NCBI GenBank assembly: GCA_965223545.1 | Contig: OZ245006.1 | Coordinates: forward strand, 736,001-800,000 | DNA length: 64,000 nt | Direction of reading: 5' to 3' | From: Planctomycetota bacterium | Lineage (GTDB): Bacteria > Planctomycetota > UBA1135 > UBA2386 | Part shown: positions 9,013 to 17,967 of the stretch, in pieces | Numbering within the stretch: position 1 is the first letter of the stretch | How the letters are laid out: the number at the start of each line of letters is the position of its first letter | The notes under the pieces: generated by a model | The model's input: only the letters and a program-made list of their open reading frames with translations | Databases searched by the model: none | Told to the model about the DNA's origin: nothing | Made by a program: the position numbers and the translations under genes

Positions 9013-10166
9013 CCGACCCGGGCGGCATCGACCGGCTGGCGCACGCCAAAGACCCGACCATGGTCGACGCCGGCGGCGCGCCGCTGGTGGCGGCGCGCGC
9101 CGAGGGCGCGTGGCTGTGGACCACGAACGGCGACCGCTACGTCGACTGGGTCATGGGCCACGGCGCCGTGCTGCTCGGCCACGGCCACCCGGCGGTGTGC
9201 GCCGCGGTGGCTGCACAGCTCGCCGACGGGACCATCTTTCCCACCCACCACGCACTCGAGCTGGAGGCTGCCGCCGCGATCCACGCCGCGGTGCCGGGCG
9301 CCGAGCGCGTGCTGTTCGGCAAGAACGGCTCGGACGCCTGCACCGCCGCGGTGCGCATCGCGCGCGCGGCGACCGGCCGGCTCGGTGTACTGCACAGCGG
9401 CTACCACGGCTTCCACGACTGGTGCGCGGTGCTCGACCCGCGCGCGCGCGGGCTGCCGCCGGCGTTGGCCGCGCTGATCCACACCCTGCCGTTCGGCGAC
9501 AGCGACGCGCTCGCCGCGGTCCTCGCCAGCGACGCACACCGCATCGCCGCGCTGATCCTGGAGCCGACGCGGACCGAGACGCCGCCGGCGGGCTACCTGC
9601 AGACCGCGGCGGCGCTGTGCCGGCAGCACGGGGTGGTGCTGATCTTCGACGAGATGGTGACCGGCTTTCGGCTGGCGCGCGGTGGGGCGCAAGAACACTA
9701 CGGCGTGCGCGCCGACCTGGTCTGCATCGGCAAGGCGCTCACCAACGGTATGCCGCTGGCGGCGGTCTGCGGCGCGCCTGCGCTGCTGGAGCACGCCACC
9801 GAGATCGGCTACGGCATGACGATGCGCGGCGAAGCGCTGGCGCTGGCGGCGGCGGCCGCGAGCTTGCGCTGCTACGAGCGCGAACCGGTCGCCGCGCACG
9901 TCGCCGCCGTGGGTGCGCGAATGCGCGACGGCTTCGCCTCGCTGTGCGCGGCGCGCGGCGTCGACGGCCAGCTGGCCGGCGAGCCGTCGATGCTGACCCT
10001 GGCGCTGCCGCAGGGCTGGTCGGACCGGTTCCTCGCCGTGTGCCGCGCGCGCGGTGTGCTCAGCCGGGGACACTTGCTGCCGAGTCTGGCGCACGGCGAC
10101 GAGGCGATCGAGCGCACGCTCGCCGCCTTCGCCGCCGCTCTCGACGCCTGCTGCCGGGCGGGCTGA
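9009..10166 (+). CDS. Class III PLP aminotransferase (glutamate-1-semialdehyde aminomutase-like)
   Basis: YVDW.MG.G...LGHGHP, KNGSDA, YHG, LIFDEMVTGFR, IGKALTNGMP. GTG start coupled to the upstream stop. Confidence 0.85.
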   Translation: MTDPGGIDRLAHAKDPTMVDAGGAPLVAARAEGAWLWTTNGDRYVDWVMGHGAVLLGHGHPAVCAAVAAQLADGTIFPTHHALELEAAAAIHAAVPGAERVLFGKNGSDACTAAVRIARAATGRLGVLHSGYHGFHDWCAVLDPRARGLPPALAALIHTLPFGDSDALAAVLASDAHRIAALILEPTRTETPPAGYLQTAAALCRQHGVVLIFDEMVTGFRLARGGAQEHYGVRADLVCIGKALTNGMPLAAVCGAPALLEHATEIGYGMTMRGEALALAAAAASLRCYEREPVAAHVAAVGARMRDGFASLCAARGVDGQLAGEPSMLTLALPQGWSDRFLAVCRARGVLSRGHLLPSLAHGDEAIERTLAAFAAALDACCRAG

Positions 10167-10236
10167 AACCGCAGTTGGACGAAGTCTTTCCGCTTTTCCT
10201 GCAACCCGACCGCGGCCTCCGCCGGTAGAGAGCAGC

Positions 10237-10782
10237 ATGCCCTCTCGGTCGACCACCGACGCCTCCGACGCCGGCTGGGCCGACGGCGAGTGGCCGGCTT
10301 GGCTCGGCCGCCTGCGCCGCTACTTCGGACACCGCGCCCCGGCCGCGGCGGTCGACGACCTCGTGCAGGAGGCTGCCGCGCGGGCGGTGCGCTACCGCGC
10401 AAGCCACGACCGCGAACGGCCACTGTGGCCGTGGCTGCGGCGGGTGGCGGACCGCGTGCTGCTCGATCACCACGCCAAGAGCACACAACGGCCAAAGCCC
10501 CTCGGTCCCGACGAGCCCGCCGCCGCGCCCGGAGCCGACCGCGTCGCGCTCGACGACGACGTCGGCCGCCTGCTCGCGCGGCTGTCGCCGCGCGAGCGCC
10601 AGGCGCTGGTGCGCTTTCACCTGCACGGCGAGACCGTCCACGAGATCGCCGTCGCGTTTCAGACCACGCCCGGCACCGTCAAGTCGCTGCTGTCGCGCGC
10701 GCGGCACCGGCTGGCGGAGTGGCCGGCAATCGAGGGCACGCCGAGACCGCCGCAACGACCTTCGCGAGACCGAGGACCATGA
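10237..10782 (+). CDS. ECF sigma-70 factor
   Basis: DDLVQEA, WPWLRRVA, LSPRERQAL, EIAVAFQTTPGTVKSLLSRAR (regions 2 and 4). Confidence 0.88.
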   Translation: MPSRSTTDASDAGWADGEWPAWLGRLRRYFGHRAPAAAVDDLVQEAAARAVRYRASHDRERPLWPWLRRVADRVLLDHHAKSTQRPKPLGPDEPAAAPGADRVALDDDVGRLLARLSPRERQALVRFHLHGETVHEIAVAFQTTPGTVKSLLSRARHRLAEWPAIEGTPRPPQRPSRDRGP

Positions 10783-11201
10783 CCCGCCCACGCCGTCCGA
10801 CGCCGACCGCCGACCCGCTCTGGGATGCCGTATCCGCCGCTCTCGACGCGCGCCGCGACCCGTTGGCCGATGCGGATCTCCGCGCCCGCTTGGCGGCGCA
10901 ACCGGCCACCATGGCGGCGGTGCACCGGCTGCAGCGACGACTCGCCGCGCTGCCCGACGGACGCGCCGGCACGCGCTGGCGCAGCCGCGTCGTGGCCGCA
11001 GCGGTGCTCGCCGTTCTACTCGGCGGGTGGTTGCTGGTGGACACCGCACCGCGCCGGCCCGACGCCGACGCGGGTACGGGCACCATCCACCGCGCCCGCC
11101 TCGTCGCCCGCCAACTCACGCCGCCACCCCCAAGCCTTCACCGCCGCGTTCTCCAGCCTTCCGCCTCCGTCCATTGGACCGTGCACAGCTCCGTACGATG
11201 A
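10779..11201 (+). CDS. Single-TM protein, probable anti-sigma factor
   Basis: ATGA overlap with the sigma gene; one TM segment VVAAAVLAVLLGGWLLV. Confidence 0.55.
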   Translation: MTRPRRPTPTADPLWDAVSAALDARRDPLADADLRARLAAQPATMAAVHRLQRRLAALPDGRAGTRWRSRVVAAAVLAVLLGGWLLVDTAPRRPDADAGTGTIHRARLVARQLTPPPPSLHRRVLQPSASVHWTVHSSVR

Positions 11202-12241
11202 CCCGATTCCAACCCATCGCCAGCGCTCTTCTGCTCGCCGGGCTCGCGCCCGCACAGGATCCGGCGCTGCGTTCGTCACCCACGTCGATCGACGTGACCG
11301 CGCCACCGATCGCCCCCACCACCGTCGCACCGGACCAGCGGGTGTTCGAGTGGGACGTCGGCGATCTCACCGGCCACGCGGCGCGCGAACAGCACCGACA
11401 AAGCCGCACCGACGCGGTCGGCGATGGCCCGCGCATGGCCGCCTGGCTCGAGCGCCACACCGCGCTCGAGCAGGACGCCACCGCGCGCGCGGCTGACTTG
11501 ACCACCGCGATCAAGACGCTGATCCAACCCGCGTTCGAGAAGAGTCGGCAGCGGCTCGCCGTGGTCGACGAGGAACGCCTGGTACTGATCGGCGATCCCC
11601 GCCAGGCGGCGTGGATCGAGGGATTCGTCGGCGCCGTGCGCGCGTTTCGCGGCGAGCTCCGCCTCGACGCCACGATGTTCATACTGCGCCCGGGCCAACT
11701 CGACCACCTGCTACAGAGCTCCGGGGTCGTCGTCGACGGCGAGCAGTGCCGCCGCATCGAAGCTGCAGTCGTCGAAGTCGCCGACGAGCGCGTCGACACA
11801 CCGCCGCTGACGGTGGCGCCCCTGCAGCGCGCCCACCTCGCGGTCATCAAGCAGGTCGCGTACGTGCGGGACTACTCGGTGGTCATCACCGGCGATGCCG
11901 ACACGACGGTCGCGGATCCCGAGATCGACACGCTGCAGACCGGCGTGACGCTCGACGTAGTCGCCGCACCACTGGACAGCCAGCAGGTCGCTCTACAGTG
12001 CGACCTCGTCCTGCGCGCCGCCGATCGCCCGTTCCCGACGCGCACCTACGACGTCGCGCACGGCCTGGGGCCGGTGACGATCCAGGTGCCCGAAGTGCGC
12101 GAGATCGAGGCCTCGGCGCGCTTCGACTTGAGGCCCGACCAGGCGCTGGTGCTGCGCTCGGTCGAACCAGGCGACGCCGACTCCGAGCAGCGCGAGGTCG
12201 TACTCGTGCTGCGCCTCACGCGCGACGGCGCGCCGCGGTGA
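11198..12241 (+). CDS. Secreted protein with a secretin-like (GspD/PilQ C-terminal-like) domain
   Basis: Signal peptide MTRFQPIASALLLAGLAPA-Q; LQRAHLAVIKQVAYVRDY...VADPEIDTLQTGVTLDV, TIQVPE. Confidence 0.55.
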   Translation: MTRFQPIASALLLAGLAPAQDPALRSSPTSIDVTAPPIAPTTVAPDQRVFEWDVGDLTGHAAREQHRQSRTDAVGDGPRMAAWLERHTALEQDATARAADLTTAIKTLIQPAFEKSRQRLAVVDEERLVLIGDPRQAAWIEGFVGAVRAFRGELRLDATMFILRPGQLDHLLQSSGVVVDGEQCRRIEAAVVEVADERVDTPPLTVAPLQRAHLAVIKQVAYVRDYSVVITGDADTTVADPEIDTLQTGVTLDVVAAPLDSQQVALQCDLVLRAADRPFPTRTYDVAHGLGPVTIQVPEVREIEASARFDLRPDQALVLRSVEPGDADSEQREVVLVLRLTRDGAPR

Positions 12242-12257
12242 TTCGGCCGCGCCTCGT

Positions 12258-14180
12258 TCAGCGCTTCACCAGCCGCAGCGTGTCGTAGAGCCGGTTCTCG
12301 ACGTCGAACGCCTTGAGCTCGAGCTCGTCGCCGCGGATCGCCACGGTGCAGTAGTGGTGCCCGCGGCGCACGGTGTTCTGAAACCACGGCCGGATCGGCC
12401 CCGGCGTCTCCAGCGATCCACCACCGCCGCCGGTGATCATGAAGATCGTGCCGTCCTCGGCCACCTCGCCGCCACGCAGTGGCCACGTCCGCTCGTAGCT
12501 GTGGATGTGACCGTTCCAGACGACGTCGACGCCGTAGCGGTCATAGAGCGGCACCAGGGCGCGCATCCGCGTGTCCCCGTGCGTCGACTTGCCAATCCAC
12601 ATGTCGCCGTAGTCGTTCTCGTCGGACGAGTACGCGGGGTGGTGGTAGCAGACGAAGACCCAGGCGCGGTCCGCGGCGCGCGCCGCGCGCAGCCCCGCCT
12701 CCAGCCATGCGTACTGCTCCGAGCCCGGACCGACGTTGACGTTGGAGTCCAGCATGAAGAACTCCGCGTTGCCGTAGCGAAAGCTGTAGTAGAACTCGGG
12801 GTCCGGCACCGCGATGTAGTCGAAGTAGTGCCGCGCGTTCTGCTCGTGGTTGCCCAGCACGGGGAAGAACGCGACGCGGGAGACCAGCGCCTGCATGCTC
12901 GGAAAGAACGTGCGCGTCCAATGGGACTTGTCGGTGCCGGTGTCGACCAGATCGCCGGCGTGCAGCACGAAGTTGGGTCGCTGGTCGAACGCGTGGCCGG
13001 CGATCTTGCGCGCGACCTCGAGGTTGCCCTGGGTGTCGCTGATCACGGCGAACGCGAACGGCGTCTCTTCGTGCACTGCGGTCTGGAACGTCGAGACCTC
13101 GGTCTCGATCACGCGCTCCTCCGAATCGACGCATTCGATGCGGTAGAAGTAGCCGGTCTGCGGCTCCAGTCCCTCGAGCCGCACCTCGTGCAGATTGCCG
13201 TTCGCCGCCGACGCCGCGCGCCGTTCGCACGCCGCGGTCGTGCCGTAGTGCACGGCGCCCGTGGCGGGCCGGGTCGTCTCCCACAGCACCGTGATGCCGG
13301 TCTGCGTGACATACTGCAGATACGGCGCGACCACGAGCTCGAAGTCGGGGTCGACCCACACGTACGGCGGCGCCGCCGACAGCGCGGCGTGGCTCTCGAA
13401 CTCGTGCGTCACCCACTCGGGTTTGGCGGCGACGTCGTACACCGCGACTTCCCGCAGCCGGCCGTGGTGGCGGTGGTCCTCGTTGTCGTCGCGATAGCTG
13501 GCCAAGCTGAGCACCCCGTCCGCCGGATACAGTATGTCGCCGGACTGCTCGCGGCTCTCGCCCTGCAGAACGCCGTTGACGTACAGCCGCATCACCGCGC
13601 CGTCGTAGGTGGCGACCACGTGGTAGAGCTTGCCGAGCTCGTAGCGCGACCGTGCCGCGAGGTAGGTCAGCGCACCGTCGCCGTCGTCGGCCCCGGTGGT
13701 CGCCAAGCCGAAGGTGAACGATTGCTCGTCGTAGCCCAGCACCCAACCGCGCTCGGCGTCGCCGTTGTCCTGCACCGCCGAGACGATGCCACCCCAGCGC
13801 TGGCGGGTCTGCACGTCCACCCACGCCGACACCGTCAGCAGCTTGTCGGGCAGATGACGGCGCACGTCGCGCAACCCCTCGCCGACCACCGCGCAATCGA
13901 CGCCGCGGAACAGCAGGCTCTCGCCGTGCTCGTCCGCCACCACCGACGGACGCCCCTGCAACACGGCATCCGGCCCGAGACGCGCCTTGAGAACACCACC
14001 GGCGAGCCGCCGGCTGTGGAAGATCCAATGGCACTTCGGATCCGGACCGTCGTGCAGCGAGGGGCTGCGCCCATGTCCTTCGCCCCAATCGCGACCGCTG
14101 CCAGCACAGAGACCGAGCAACAGGACACAACCACTCAACCGCCGCATTCTGCGCAGCCGCCGGACGAGGGGGCACACCAT
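12258..14180 (-). CDS. Secreted metallophosphoesterase with LamG-like and FN3/PAP-N domains
   Basis: DTQG, GDLVD, GNHE, HHP, GHIH motifs; LamG HVVATYDG...LYVNG; PYLQ...W.T. Start is 14180 (TATGCT 7 nt upstream) or 14147. Confidence 0.85.
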   Translation of the reverse strand: MVCPLVRRLRRMRRLSGCVLLLGLCAGSGRDWGEGHGRSPSLHDGPDPKCHWIFHSRRLAGGVLKARLGPDAVLQGRPSVVADEHGESLLFRGVDCAVVGEGLRDVRRHLPDKLLTVSAWVDVQTRQRWGGIVSAVQDNGDAERGWVLGYDEQSFTFGLATTGADDGDGALTYLAARSRYELGKLYHVVATYDGAVMRLYVNGVLQGESREQSGDILYPADGVLSLASYRDDNEDHRHHGRLREVAVYDVAAKPEWVTHEFESHAALSAAPPYVWVDPDFELVVAPYLQYVTQTGITVLWETTRPATGAVHYGTTAACERRAASAANGNLHEVRLEGLEPQTGYFYRIECVDSEERVIETEVSTFQTAVHEETPFAFAVISDTQGNLEVARKIAGHAFDQRPNFVLHAGDLVDTGTDKSHWTRTFFPSMQALVSRVAFFPVLGNHEQNARHYFDYIAVPDPEFYYSFRYGNAEFFMLDSNVNVGPGSEQYAWLEAGLRAARAADRAWVFVCYHHPAYSSDENDYGDMWIGKSTHGDTRMRALVPLYDRYGVDVVWNGHIHSYERTWPLRGGEVAEDGTIFMITGGGGGSLETPGPIRPWFQNTVRRGHHYCTVAIRGDELELKAFDVENRLYDTLRLVKR

Positions 14181-14242
14181 GCCGCAGAGCATAGCCGGCC
14201 GGGGGGCGGACGCGCGGACGCGCAACGCCCTCGGGTTGCGCA

Positions 14243-15784
14243 TCAAGCCACGTAGGTCTGGTCCAGCGTGCGTGCCAAACAACTCTGCCACAGCCACCGG
14301 TCGAGCCGCGACCCGCCGCGACCCTCTCGGACGCCGCGCCGCGCGCGGCCGCGCAACCGCTCGTACAGCCATCGCTGCCAGCGGCCGTCGAACACCTGGT
14401 CGGACGTCGCCAGCGGCAGGTCGTGGTTGATGAGCTGCTTGATCTCGCGCTCGTCGCGCGGCGCCAACCAGTGCATGGTCCGGCAGCCGTCGGCGTGAAA
14501 CCGCGGACGCTCCCGGAGGTAGCCGTCGAGCCGGCGCGGACGCGCCGGTATCGCGGCGTGGGCCCGATCGCCGAGCGGCGTTCCCCAGACCGGTTGGTAG
14601 TAGCGGTAGGTGAAATGGTTGTGCCGGTACGGCAAGCGCGCCAACCGGTCGATCACCCGGAGAGTCTGCTGTCGGTCCTCGCGCGTCTCGCCTGGAAAGC
14701 CGAACAGGAAGTTGTTCATCGGCACGATGCCGCGGGTGAGCATCCGCTCGGTGACGGCGACGATGTCCTCCGGCGTGTGGCGCTTGCCGATCGCGCGCAG
14801 GGTCCGCGCCGATCCCGACTCGCTGCCGAGCTCGACCTTGAGCAGCCCCCCAGCGCGCAGCACGTCCCAGTCCTCTTCGCTGTAGCGGATCAAGTCGATC
14901 GGCGAGCCCAGCGCGAACCAGCCGATGCCGCCACCGTGCGCCGCGATTCGCTGCGCCAGCCCCAGCGCGCGCTGCCGACTCATGAAGAAGTCCAGCTCGC
15001 CGATGTGGAACTGGCGCACGCCATAGCGCGCGGCCAGGTCTCGCATCAGCGCGAACGTCGGCTCGGCGCCGAGGATCTTCGCCGGGTGTTTGCTCCAGGC
15101 GCAGAACCCGCACCCCTTGGTGCACCCGCGCCCGGTGGCGATGGTCAAGGTCGGCTGGTCATTGCCCAAGACGCCGCCGATCTGGATGTAGGGGGCCAGG
15201 TCGATCTGCCGGAAGAAGTCGAGCAACCCCGGGTGGAACCGCTGGCGGCGTTCGACCGGCTGGTGGCGCAACCGACCGCCCTGCTCGCGCCAGATCAGCC
15301 CGGCGACGTCGTCGGGCTCGGTGCCGGCGGCGAGGTGGGCGAGCAAACGCGGCGCCGACTCCTCGCCGTAGCCCTGTAGGAAGAAGTCGGCGGCGGTCTC
15401 GATGTCGAAGAACTCGGGCGGGCAGATGGAGATGAACTCGCCCCCCACGACCACCGGCAGATCCGGGCGCGACCGCTTGAGCCGAGCCGCGATCGCCTCG
15501 GCGTTGTGGCACTGGTTGCTCGGGTAGAGCTCGTTCATCCACACGAACACCGCGCGCGCGCCCTGCAGCTCGCCGAGCAGCTCATCGAAGCGGTCGTCGC
15601 GGTCGAGGTCGTGCTCGGCATCGAAGAACACGACATCGAAACCGGCATGGCACAGGCCGGCGCCAAGGGTGAAGCAGCGGAACGGCACGCCCTGCGGCCC
15701 GGGGTCGTCCTTGTCGGTCCACCGCGGCACCACCAAGGCGACGCGGCCCTGGGAGCGGGACAGGCGAGACGGGACGACTCTCAT
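14243..15784 (-). CDS. Cobalamin-binding radical SAM protein
   Basis: N-terminal B12-binding-like domain (PVVVGG, LQGYGE); TGRGCTKGCGFC; LGSESGS; FLFGFPGET. Confidence 0.85.
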   Translation of the reverse strand: MRVVPSRLSRSQGRVALVVPRWTDKDDPGPQGVPFRCFTLGAGLCHAGFDVVFFDAEHDLDRDDRFDELLGELQGARAVFVWMNELYPSNQCHNAEAIAARLKRSRPDLPVVVGGEFISICPPEFFDIETAADFFLQGYGEESAPRLLAHLAAGTEPDDVAGLIWREQGGRLRHQPVERRQRFHPGLLDFFRQIDLAPYIQIGGVLGNDQPTLTIATGRGCTKGCGFCAWSKHPAKILGAEPTFALMRDLAARYGVRQFHIGELDFFMSRQRALGLAQRIAAHGGGIGWFALGSPIDLIRYSEEDWDVLRAGGLLKVELGSESGSARTLRAIGKRHTPEDIVAVTERMLTRGIVPMNNFLFGFPGETREDRQQTLRVIDRLARLPYRHNHFTYRYYQPVWGTPLGDRAHAAIPARPRRLDGYLRERPRFHADGCRTMHWLAPRDEREIKQLINHDLPLATSDQVFDGRWQRWLYERLRGRARRGVREGRGGSRLDRWLWQSCLARTLDQTYVA

Positions 15785-15868
15785 GCGGGCCGGCGGCCAC
15801 GGTGGGCATCGCGACCCCACAATTGTCGTGCATCGCGCCGCGGACCGTCAACCCGGTGGGTATCGGGT

Positions 15869-16681
15869 TCACAAGTGCGCCGCCACGTCGGCCAACGCGC
15901 CCCGCCAGTGCTCGAAGTCGAGCACGCGCCGCCCGCCAATCCGCTCGAGCGCGTCGACCAGCGCGGGCGAGTCCTCCAGAACGAGCTGCAGCTCGGCATC
16001 GCCGGGACGCGCGGCGGGACGCAGCGCCAACAGCAGCGCGAACATGTCCTCCGCCGAGACGGCGCGAAACACCGCGCAGCCCGGGAACGCGGGATCGAAG
16101 CTCGCGGCACCCCGGTAATCGCCGCCGTCGTCGAGGGCCACGATCACCACGCGCCCCTCCAACTCGCACTGACGCTCGAGCAAGCCCGCCGGCAAGGACA
16201 ACGCCGCCTCCGCCGGCCGCACGTCCATGGGACGCGCCGCGCGCACGGCGACGCCGCCCACCGGCAGGGCTTCGGTGCTGCTCCACTCGACCCGGACGGC
16301 CGCGCTGTCGTGAACCCGGTTCAAGCCCAGCGAGGTGTACAACGCCCGCGCCGACGAGTTGTCCGGCGCGACGTTGAGGCACCACTTGCCGCACCCGGCC
16401 ACCACGAAGCGGCGCGCCGCCTCCAACAACAGCGCCCGGCCCACTCCCTGCCGGCGCCGCTCGCGCACCACCAGCAACTGGCGGACGTAGCCGACGGCGT
16501 CCAAAGGCTGCACGAGGGCGAGCCCCACCGGCTGCCCGTCGCGCTCGCAAACGAACGCAAACGGCACAACATCTCGCTCGTAACGATCGCGACTCGGCAC
16601 CGGGTCGGGAACGTGCAGATCGGGAAACAGCCGGGCGTACAGCGCGTAATCGGCAGCGGTCGCCGGCCGCATGACCTGCAT
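15869..16681 (-). CDS. GNAT family N-acetyltransferase
   Basis: RRRQGVGRALL, LNVAPDNSSARALYTSLG. Confidence 0.85.
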   Translation of the reverse strand: MQVMRPATAADYALYARLFPDLHVPDPVPSRDRYERDVVPFAFVCERDGQPVGLALVQPLDAVGYVRQLLVVRERRRQGVGRALLLEAARRFVVAGCGKWCLNVAPDNSSARALYTSLGLNRVHDSAAVRVEWSSTEALPVGGVAVRAARPMDVRPAEAALSLPAGLLERQCELEGRVVIVALDDGGDYRGAASFDPAFPGCAVFRAVSAEDMFALLLALRPAARPGDAELQLVLEDSPALVDALERIGGRRVLDFEHWRGALADVAAHL

Positions 16682-16683
16682 GC

Positions 16684-17967
16684 CTACTCCGCGTCGGGCT
16701 GCGCGATGGCCACCGCCATCGCGTCGGCGCGGAAGTGCTCCGCCGCGCGCTCGGCGACTTCCTCGGGCGTCACGCTGGCCAGCCGCTGCAGCGCCGAGAA
16801 CGGCGGCAGCGCGTCGAGCGCCTCGCCGGCCTGCGAGAACGCCAAGTTGCGCACCGAGCCGAACGAGCGCACGTAGCGGCCCAGCGTTTTTCGACGCACG
16901 CGGTCGAGGTCTTCCTCGTCGATGCGCAGCGGCTCGAGCACCACGCCACACAGCGCATCGACCACCGCCTCGGGCGCATCGCTCTCGGCGGTCAACGTGC
17001 TGAAGCCAAAGCTCTCGGCGTTCATGTAGCCGACCGCCAGCGAGTCGTCCACCGCGCCCGAGACACGCAGCCCTTCACGCACGTCACTGGCCGCCGAGAA
17101 CCAGCGGTCGAGCGCCAGGTCGGTGAGCAGCTCGCGCCGCAGTCGCTGCTCGATGTCGCCGCCGGGTGTGGTGTCCTTGAAGCCGAGCATCACCTTGGCG
17201 CGGGGCACCTGCAGGGCGCGCACGCGGCGGCAGTCGTCCGGGTCGACCGCATCGAGCTCCTCGCGCCGAATGCCGACCGGTGCGGCGCCCTCTCTCAGGG
17301 CACAGTCGTCGGCGAGCGCGAGGATCGCCTCGGGATCGACCGGGCCGGCCACCGCCAGCGCGGCGTTGCCGGTGCAGTAGAACGCCTCGTAGCAAGCGCG
17401 CAGCTCGGCGACGTCGATCCGTCCGATCGACGCCACGGTGCCGCCGACGGGGTGGCGCACCGGGTGCCGCCGATAGAGCGCGCCGATGCAGTCGAAGAAC
17501 AGCCGGTAGTCCGGCGAATCCTCGTACATGCGCAGCTCTTGCGCGATGATGCCGCGCTCCTTCTCGACGTTCTCCTCGGTCAGATGCGCCCGCGACACGA
17601 GGTGCAGCAGGTCTTGGAGGTTGGCTGCGACCTCGCTCGTCGCGGTGAAGTGGTAGCTGGTGCGAGTGAACCCCGTCATCGCGTTGACCCGCGCGCCCCG
17701 TCGCGAGAAGCGGTCGAACGCCTTGATCTCCTCGTCCTCGAACAGCTTGTGCTCGAGGTAGTGGGCCACTCCCTCGGGGCTCTCGTGGCGGCGGCCACCG
17801 ACGTCGAAGCCGAGATCGGTGCTGCCGTAGCGAAACGTCACCATGGCGGCCGCCTCCGAGAAGCGTTTCGTCGGCACCACGCGCACGGCCAAGCCGCGCC
17901 GCGAGGTCGCGATCCACACTTCTTCGTCGAGCAGCGGCTCGCGCTGCACTTCGAATCGATCGCTCAC
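16684..17967 (-). CDS. M16 family zinc peptidase, catalytic subunit (YmfH-like)
   Basis: GVAHYLEHKLF (HxxEH), NAMT, EKERGIIAQELRMY. Confidence 0.9.
   Translation of the reverse strand: MSDRFEVQREPLLDEEVWIATSRRGLAVRVVPTKRFSEAAAMVTFRYGSTDLGFDVGGRRHESPEGVAHYLEHKLFEDEEIKAFDRFSRRGARVNAMTGFTRTSYHFTATSEVAANLQDLLHLVSRAHLTEENVEKERGIIAQELRMYEDSPDYRLFFDCIGALYRRHPVRHPVGGTVASIGRIDVAELRACYEAFYCTGNAALAVAGPVDPEAILALADDCALREGAAPVGIRREELDAVDPDDCRRVRALQVPRAKVMLGFKDTTPGGDIEQRLRRELLTDLALDRWFSAASDVREGLRVSGAVDDSLAVGYMNAESFGFSTLTAESDAPEAVVDALCGVVLEPLRIDEEDLDRVRRKTLGRYVRSFGSVRNLAFSQAGEALDALPPFSALQRLASVTPEEVAERAAEHFRADAMAVAIAQPDAE

Noticed and set aside
12258..15125. 955-aa ORF suggesting an extended N-terminus for the phosphoesterase
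   Set aside because: The extension is an off-frame overlap with the radical SAM gene; the true start is near 14180/14147.
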